Below, one piece after another: positions 58,484 to 64,000 of a DNA stretch of 64,000 nt. The position numbers were made by a program, and so were the translations under genes. This DNA is from an uncultured Clostridia bacterium (GTDB lineage Bacteria; Bacillota; Clostridia; Peptostreptococcales; Anaerovoracaceae): NCBI GenBank assembly GCA_938034165.1, contig CALHKP010000038.1:6029-70028 (forward strand), given 5' to 3'. The notes below the pieces were generated by a model, which worked only from the letters and a program-made list of their open reading frames with translations, was not told the DNA's origin and ran no database searches. Numbering within the stretch: position 1 is the stretch's first letter; each line of letters opens with the position of its first letter.

Positions 58484-59839
58484 TTATTTTCCGAATTTAT
58501 TGCTTATCAAAGCTGCCAGAGATTCTGCCAACTCAGTGATTCTCTCTATATCTGTTCCTTCTATCATTACTCTTACCAAAGGTTCTGTTCCCGAAGGTCT
58601 AATCAGAAGTCTTCCGCTTCCTTCCATTTCGTCTTCGATTGCTTTGATTTCTGCTGCAACCTCAGGATCATTCATGTATGTTTTCTTACTTTCGTTAGCT
58701 ACTTTTGCATTAACAAGTACCTGTGGGAAAATCTCAATTTCCGCAGAAAGTTCAGAAGCTTTCTTTCCTGAGTTTTTCAATGCTTTCATGAACTGTAGCG
58801 ATGACAAACATCCGTCTCCTGTAGTTGTATGATTCAGGAAGATAATATGTCCTGACTGTTCTCCGCCGATTACACAACCTGACTCAAGCATTGATTCAAG
58901 AACGTATCTATCCCCAACTTTAGTTACATCTACTTCTGCACCGATTACATCGTTCACATACTTATGAAATCCGATATTACTCATTACTGTTGCAGTTACT
59001 TTGTTTTCTGCAAGTTCTCCGGAATCCTTCAGCATCTTTGCACATATACATATAGTCTTGTCGCCATCGATAATTTCGCCTTTTTCGTCCACTACAATCA
59101 GTCTGTCAGCATCACCGTCAAAAGCAAGTCCTATATCAGCTCCTGTTTCTTTTACTGTTTTCATCAAAAGCTCCGGATGTGTAGAACCGATATTGTCATT
59201 GATATTGATTCCATTCGGATCGCATCCTATTACTGTAACATCTGCACCGAGACTTTTATAAACAGTCGGTGAAGTAACATATGAAGCACCGTTTGCACAA
59301 TCCAGAACAATCTTCATTCCATCAAGACGCGTATCAATTGTCGAAAGAAGAAAATCACAGTAAAGCTTAACTGCATCCTCTCCTGCATCAAGGCATTTAC
59401 CAAGACTTTCGCCAATCATATGCTGATTAGTGTCTATGCCTCTTATGATTATGTCTTCTATCTCTTCTTCAATTGAATCGTCAAGTTTGAATCCTTCTCC
59501 GTTGAAGAATTTAATTCCGTTATATTCAAATGAGTTATGTGAAGCTGAAATAACAACACCTGCATCTGCACCATACTTCTTGGTTAGGTATGCAACTGCC
59601 GGAGTAGGAATAACCCCAACCTTTATTACATTACCTCCTACAGCAAGAATTCCTGCTGTAAGCGCATTTTCCAGCATGTCACCGGATACTCTTGTATCCA
59701 TACCTATAACAAAAACGGGTCTTTTGTTTTCTTTTCCTAAAACGGAAGCTCCTGCTTTTCCAAGGTTGAATGCCAGCTCAGGTGTAAGTTCCGAGTTCGC
59801 AACTCCTCTCACACCATCAGTTCCAAATAGTCTACCCAT
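58484..59839 (-). CDS. glmM: Phosphoglucosamine mutase
   Basis: Contains FGTDGVRG, the phosphoserine loop SASHNSFEYNGIKF and GEQSGH. Confidence 0.96.
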   Translation of the reverse strand: MGRLFGTDGVRGVANSELTPELAFNLGKAGASVLGKENKRPVFVIGMDTRVSGDMLENALTAGILAVGGNVIKVGVIPTPAVAYLTKKYGADAGVVISASHNSFEYNGIKFFNGEGFKLDDSIEEEIEDIIIRGIDTNQHMIGESLGKCLDAGEDAVKLYCDFLLSTIDTRLDGMKIVLDCANGASYVTSPTVYKSLGADVTVIGCDPNGININDNIGSTHPELLMKTVKETGADIGLAFDGDADRLIVVDEKGEIIDGDKTICICAKMLKDSGELAENKVTATVMSNIGFHKYVNDVIGAEVDVTKVGDRYVLESMLESGCVIGGEQSGHIIFLNHTTTGDGCLSSLQFMKALKNSGKKASELSAEIEIFPQVLVNAKVANESKKTYMNDPEVAAEIKAIEDEMEGSGRLLIRPSGTEPLVRVMIEGTDIERITELAESLAALISNKFGK

Positions 59840-59882
59840 ATTTTCCTCCTAAATCTGTCTTTCTTAAATCCTATGTCTCAGT

Positions 59883-61076
59883 TTATTCCACTGTGATATT
59901 TCCTGTGTCTCTGCTCAATTCAATATTCAGCACATTCTTTTTGCATTTTACCGAAAGTTTCACGCTATATGTTCCGGAATCAAGGCCCGAAACATCTGCC
60001 GTAATTGTAATATCGTCTTTTGAAATACTATCTATTACACTTTTTTTGTCTCTAATTGTAACCGTAACACTAAAATCACTGTCAAAAGAATATTTTCCGG
60101 ATTCCGATGCTCCCTGCAAATCAATGTCCTGAGAACTGAATGTAAATGATTTTTCAATCAAGGATTCCGCTGAAACCACAGCCACCATATCATCATTCTT
60201 TTCTGATAGAATTATTCCTTCAGGTAAATTCAAATTAAGCACTATTTTGCTTCCATCTGAAACATTTGTTATATCTATGGCATCCGCAGTTATTGAATCG
60301 ATTTTCTTTAAATCGCTGCTTCTACCTGCTAATATAACTTCTTTTGGTATAGAAACCTTTCTATTAAGGCCATCTGTTGAATTATCTGTTACAGGCACAT
60401 TCAGCTTTACGGTTTTTATTTTCGAAATTATCGATTCCACAACCACGCTACGGTTACTCAATTCAACGCGTTCAACCTTTTTACCATTCTTATCTACAGG
60501 TGTAAGGTCACAAACATTTTTAGTAGCTTCTTCTCCTACTTTAGATACATCTATCTTTCCGGATGCTTCCGTTACTGATCTTACAAGCGACTCCGCACCC
60601 TTTACCTCTACAGTATCAAAACTTGTCGAAACGGTCTCACATTCGTTTGGTTTCTCCAGTTCGCCTGTGTAGCTGATTGTTACGGGAACTTCTTTTGAAT
60701 CGAGATCTTCTATTGTAACAGAAACCTTGCTCATGCTCTTCTTAGTTACGGAAACACCATCAGGCGCCTTTACCGAAACATTAAGTTCGTTTTCGCCCTT
60801 CAGAGCTGACGAAAGATCAACAGTTGCAGAAATATCATCTGAATCAATTCTCGAAATTTCCGCTCTGCTTCCGGATATCTGTACATCTATGGAATATGCA
60901 CTGGATTTGCTCATGGCAAGTCCGTATTGCTCAATCACTTCTGAATTTGTAAACTTGATTTCTACATTTTTTACAGTTCTCTCCGCTATAGGATTTATCT
61001 CACCTACTACATAAGCCCAAAGACAAATTGCCAATACAATAGAGAGCACCATGTTGAATTTTTTATTTCCCAGCAT
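59883..61076 (-). CDS. cdaR: CdaA regulatory protein CdaR (YbbR-domain repeats)
   Basis: 397 aa with an N-terminal TM helix and repeated YbbR-like beta domains. Lies between cdaA and glmM. Confidence 0.85.
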   Translation of the reverse strand: MLGNKKFNMVLSIVLAICLWAYVVGEINPIAERTVKNVEIKFTNSEVIEQYGLAMSKSSAYSIDVQISGSRAEISRIDSDDISATVDLSSALKGENELNVSVKAPDGVSVTKKSMSKVSVTIEDLDSKEVPVTISYTGELEKPNECETVSTSFDTVEVKGAESLVRSVTEASGKIDVSKVGEEATKNVCDLTPVDKNGKKVERVELSNRSVVVESIISKIKTVKLNVPVTDNSTDGLNRKVSIPKEVILAGRSSDLKKIDSITADAIDITNVSDGSKIVLNLNLPEGIILSEKNDDMVAVVSAESLIEKSFTFSSQDIDLQGASESGKYSFDSDFSVTVTIRDKKSVIDSISKDDITITADVSGLDSGTYSVKLSVKCKKNVLNIELSRDTGNITVE

Positions 61077-61911
61077 CTTTATTCATCCCCATCTTACCTT
61101 TAATTTTTGTCAGTATCTGCGCATTGTCATCATCCGAAGGTATGTATAAGTTTAGGAACATCTTCTCTACTGCCTTTGAATCCAGGAATCTCTTGAGCTT
61201 TCCGCCTGATGCAACAGATATAACTCCTGTTTCCTCACTTACAATCAAAGTAAGCGCATCCGAGTTCTCGGTTATACCGATTCCGGCTCTGTGACGTGTT
61301 CCCAGGTTCTTGTTCAGCTCCTTATCTGCTGTCAAAGGAAGAACGCATCCTGCTGCCCTGACTCTGTCGCCTCTGATGATAACCGCTCCATCATGAAGCG
61401 GTGCACCCTCATAGAAAATATTTCCCAAGAGTTGCGCTGAAATTTCTGCATCAACAATAGTACCGGTCTCGATAATATCTGTCAAAGGCACTTCTCTTTC
61501 GATTACAATCAAAGCACCTGTTCGCGTTTCAGAAAAAGATGATATTGCTTTTACGAATTCATCAGTTATTTCCTTTGCCTTAGCCTTGTCAACCTGACCG
61601 AACGTATTCTTGCCAAGCTTACTTCTTCCCACATATTCAAGACCTCTTCTGAGTTCAGGCTGAAATACAACTACAAGAGCAATAACACCCATAGTCATCG
61701 TTCCCTTCAAAATCCAGTTCAGCGTATAGAGGTGAAGAATATCAGACAACAAAAAAGTGAGAACCAAAACAATCAGCCCTTTTACCAGCTGCTGTGCTCT
61801 AGTCTCCCTTATAAATCCGAGTATTTTATAAAAAATGAATGCAACTACTGTAATATCAAGCACATCCATTATGCTTATTCCTGCAATTATATTTGAAAAA
61901 AAGTCACTCAT
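61063..61911 (-). CDS. cdaA: Diadenylate cyclase CdaA
   Basis: Three N-terminal TM helices, then a DAC domain with ..LHDGAVII.. and ..GTRHRAG... Confidence 0.93.
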   Translation of the reverse strand: MSDFFSNIIAGISIMDVLDITVVAFIFYKILGFIRETRAQQLVKGLIVLVLTFLLSDILHLYTLNWILKGTMTMGVIALVVVFQPELRRGLEYVGRSKLGKNTFGQVDKAKAKEITDEFVKAISSFSETRTGALIVIEREVPLTDIIETGTIVDAEISAQLLGNIFYEGAPLHDGAVIIRGDRVRAAGCVLPLTADKELNKNLGTRHRAGIGITENSDALTLIVSEETGVISVASGGKLKRFLDSKAVEKMFLNLYIPSDDDNAQILTKIKGKMGMNKDAGK

Positions 61912-61943
61912 AATATCTTTCTCCCTAAATTCTATTACATTAT

Positions 61944-61972
61944 ATTTTACTAAAAAAGCGCGAAAATATCAA
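61944..61972 (-). promoter_or_regulatory. sigma-A type promoter of the cdaA-cdaR-glmM-glmS operon
   Basis: Minus strand shows TTGATA (61967-61972), a 17-bp spacer, then TAAAAT (61944-61949). Confidence 0.55.
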
Positions 61973-62064
61973 TACTATGCTAGAATTTATGTGTGTATAT
62001 TATATGTTGAAAACTTGTTATTATCAGAGAATTATATGTATCATTCTTGTACAAATTTTCCTGC

Positions 62065-62101
62065 AAAAAAGGACAGGCATCATATGTACCTGTCCTTTTT
62101 T
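62065..62101. terminator. Bidirectional intrinsic terminator after hpf
   Basis: AAAAAAGGACAGG (62065-62077) pairs with CCTGTCCTTTTTT (62089-62101) around an 11-nt loop. Confidence 0.8.
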
Positions 62102-62144
62102 GCGTGTATCAGTTATCCTATCTCAATTTAATCCTTTTAACATT

Positions 62145-62669
62145 CTAGTATCTGGTGTCAAGTACACCATAGTTACCATCTTTTCTCTTATATACTACGT
62201 TTACACTGTCAGTTTCCATATTCAGATAAACGAAAAAGTCATGCTGAAGCATTTCCATCTCAAGAATTGCTTCTTCTACATCCATAGGAACCAAATCAAA
62301 CTTTTTGGTTCTTACTACAGTAAGTGGTTCTTCCTCTTCGATATCAGGAAGAGCTTCAAATCTTACTGATTTATTGTCATTGTAGCGTTTCTGAAGCTTA
62401 CCCTTGAATTTTGCCATCTGGCTTGACAGCTTGTCAACAGCCTTATCTATACCTTCATAGATATCGGTTGTTACTTCCTCTGCTCTGAAAACAGCGCCCT
62501 TCGCATTGATATTAACCTCAATCTTATCCTTGCCACGTTCCTGTGACAATACTACTTTTACATCAATGTCATCTGAAAAGTATTTGCCGAGTCTCTCAAA
62601 TTTCTTATCAATTGTGTCTTCTAAATGCTTGTAAGTGTTGAAATTTTTGCCTGTGATTGTAATCTTCAT
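62145..62669 (-). CDS. hpf: Ribosome hibernation-promoting factor (long HPF / RaiA family)
   Basis: 174 aa. MKITITGKNF......L...I..K..RL.KYF.. plus the C-terminal dimerisation domain (..MDVEEAILEMEMLQHDFFVY..). Confidence 0.93.
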   Translation of the reverse strand: MKITITGKNFNTYKHLEDTIDKKFERLGKYFSDDIDVKVVLSQERGKDKIEVNINAKGAVFRAEEVTTDIYEGIDKAVDKLSSQMAKFKGKLQKRYNDNKSVRFEALPDIEEEEPLTVVRTKKFDLVPMDVEEAILEMEMLQHDFFVYLNMETDSVNVVYKRKDGNYGVLDTRY

Positions 62670-62720
62670 AAGATGACCTCCTTATAACCGGTTTTTGATT
62701 GCCGGTGTTTTTATAGCTCT

Positions 62721-62749
62721 ATTATAGCATACTTTTCTGAAAAGTCACT
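62721..62749 (-). promoter_or_regulatory. Candidate promoter of hpf (extended -10)
   Basis: Minus strand shows TGcTATAAT (-10 hexamer at 62721-62726) with a weak -35 (GTGACT) about 16-17 bp upstream. Confidence 0.45.
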
Positions 62750-62843
62750 TATTTTATGTGAAAATTAGCTGAAAATTTAAAAATTAGTTCATAGGGTTTT
62801 TTCGGCACTTCCCTGCGCTTCACGCAGACTGATTTTCGGCACT

Positions 62844-63033
62844 AAAAAACGGCATTGCAGCTATCTGCCTGACCTGGTCTTTGCCCCCACACTCGCCTTT
62901 ACCGGAATTTTTCCGAGGACTTACTTCTAAGCTACGCCATGATCACTGCCGCCTTGCGGACCAGCTTACGTGGATCCCTTTGCCCGTAACTGGCTTGGAT
63001 TTTCAACCACAGACACAGATAGCTGCAATGCCG
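62844..63033 (-). ncRNA. Structured ncRNA, probable raiA-motif RNA
   Basis: A perfect 18-bp closing helix (63033-63016 pairs with 62867-62850) is followed by U6 on the minus strand. The interior is GC-rich with several local helices. The element sits exactly between the comFC stop and the hpf (raiA) promoter. The 5' end may extend about 20 nt upstream. Confidence 0.65.
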
Positions 63034-63040
63034 TTTAAGG

Positions 63041-63706
63041 CTATCTTGCAGCAAATGCTATAAATATTATTTTCTCCGCCTGAGCCGGTTCAAGTGCCTT
63101 ACGGCATTCCAGCGCAGTGCTTCCGGTTGTATAAAAGTCATCTATAAGAAGAATACTTTTACCCTTTGCTATTTTATCATACTTTTCGTTAAAAGCAATA
63201 CTGCCTTTTATATTTTCTGCTCTCTCCTCAGGCCCGAGACCTCTCATTGGCCGCGTGTATCTGGTCCTTATCAGAACATCCGGCAGATTTTCAGCTTCAA
63301 TCAGCCGCGCCAAATGTTTGGCTATAAGATTTGCTTGATTGAAGCCTCGTTCCTTTTCTTTTCCCTTGTTCAACGGAACCGGAACTAGCAGATCCGGTTT
63401 TATTTCCGCAATATCAAGCCTGTCTCTCATTATTTCGGCAATATTCCTTGCCATATACTTTTTTCCGTTATATTTAAGGTCAAAAATTATACTTCTTTCG
63501 AAGATTCCATAATCCAGACACTTGAGAAAAGTCATACCACTTCTTTCTTCCGGCTCACTGATATTCCATCTCATATGATCCATGCAATAGTCACACAAAC
63601 TGTAGTTCCTTGTTTTATCAATATAGTTACCGCAGCAGATACAGTACAGGTTCTCCGGAAAAAGAAGATCAAGGCCTTTGTCTACGTACTCTCTAATCCC
63701 TATCAT
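63041..63706 (-). CDS. comFC: ComF family protein (ComFC, phosphoribosyltransferase-like)
   Basis: N-terminal Cys pairs (CICCG..CDYC) and the PRTase motif ILLIDDFYTTGST. Confidence 0.88.
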   Translation of the reverse strand: MIGIREYVDKGLDLLFPENLYCICCGNYIDKTRNYSLCDYCMDHMRWNISEPEERSGMTFLKCLDYGIFERSIIFDLKYNGKKYMARNIAEIMRDRLDIAEIKPDLLVPVPLNKGKEKERGFNQANLIAKHLARLIEAENLPDVLIRTRYTRPMRGLGPEERAENIKGSIAFNEKYDKIAKGKSILLIDDFYTTGSTALECRKALEPAQAEKIIFIAFAAR

Positions 63707-63711
63707 ATAAG

Positions 63712-64000
63712 CTACCTTACCTTCATACCTTCTATTACCGCTTCCAATCTCGGCTTAAGACCGGAATACCTCTGTTTAATTCTATTGTTATCCACCATAG
63801 CGTTGAGTTTTTCCGGCATTCCCACAAGAACGACTGCATTTTTGCCTCGAGTTACACCTGTGTAAAGAAGATTTCTCGTTGCAAGAACAGGCGGGAACCA
63901 TGCCACAGGCATCACAACAATCGGGAATTCCGACCCCTGACTTTTGTGAACAGTTACAGCATATGCATGTTCAAGCTCGTCAAGCTGATTGAATTCATAT
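63712..64000 (-). CDS. recD2: SF1 helicase RecD2-like, C-terminal fragment (continues beyond window)
   Basis: Reverse translation gives ..YAVTVHKSQGSEFPIVVMPV......LLYTGVTRGKNAVVLVG.., which are helicase motifs V and VI. The frame is open to the window edge. Confidence 0.8.
   Translation of the reverse strand, partial: YEFNQLDELEHAYAVTVHKSQGSEFPIVVMPVAWFPPVLATRNLLYTGVTRGKNAVVLVGMPEKLNAMVDNNRIKQRYSGLKPRLEAVIEGMKVR

Noticed and set aside
62844-63033. Whether the structured RNA could be SRP (4.5S/scRNA) or 6S RNA
   Set aside because: It has no domain IV SRP signature (GGAAGCAGC-type motif with GNRA loop), although CCAGGUCAGG occurs near the 3' arm. It shows no obvious 6S-like central bubble architecture. 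The comFC/hpf context fits the raiA-motif class better. A covariance-model search is still needed.
62881-63063. A 60-aa plus-strand ORF (MPPHSPLPEFFRGLTSKL...) filling the comFC-hpf spacer
   Set aside because: It has a TTG start and no RBS, and it runs antisense to all neighbouring genes. It coincides exactly with the GC-rich inverted-repeat-closed structured RNA. I interpret it as a chance frame through an ncRNA gene.

Overview
This is a very gene-dense segment of a low-GC Bacillota chromosome, coded almost entirely on the minus strand. The proteins look Clostridia/Lachnospiraceae-like, but the taxon is an inference. The window strings together classic conserved housekeeping clusters:
- rlmN and ileS, the latter under a T-box leader.
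- pnp-rpsO-ribF-truB-nrnA-rbfA-(EFR1-type ferredoxin)-infB-ylxQ-ylxR-nusA-rimP.
- An orphan LytTR protein.
- polC-ispG-rseP-dxr-cdsA-uppS-frr-pyrH.
- An accessory-looking block: nudC, a three-gene FAD/DUF1667 glycerol-3-P-dehydrogenase-like set, a Wzx flippase, a DegT aminotransferase, a PaaI thioesterase and a Na+ symporter.
- prmA-dnaJ-dnaK-grpE-hrcA with a CIRCE operator.
- glpK-hemW-lepA, then rpsT.
- Two convergent MurE paralogues, then nadE.
- A [FeFe]-hydrogenase maturation operon (TM1266-like regulator, hydE, hydG, hydF).
- A TIGR01440 protein and ahcY.
- glmS-glmM-cdaR-cdaA, hpf, comFC and the 3' end of recD2.

I saw no rRNA or tRNA genes, CRISPR arrays, transposases, integrases, prophage genes or recognisable defence or toxin systems. 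I do not find a convincing novel multi-gene system here.

The most noteworthy items are:
1. A ~190-nt GC-rich structured RNA between comFC and hpf. Its position and architecture match the raiA-motif ncRNA class, whose function is unknown.
2. A polC at the canonical locus that cleanly lacks the inserted DnaQ-like proofreading exonuclease domain, while its PHP metal ligands look complete.
3. An intrinsic terminator inside the rimP-nusA-infB leader, a likely NusA autoregulatory attenuator.
4. Two divergent MurE paralogues sharing a bidirectional terminator.
5. A promoter-to-terminator unit convergent with hydF, a candidate sRNA.

Coordinates of hand-derived RNA and regulatory elements may be off by 1-2 nt. 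Several ORF-track starts use GTG or TTG, and I trimmed those to better-supported starts.
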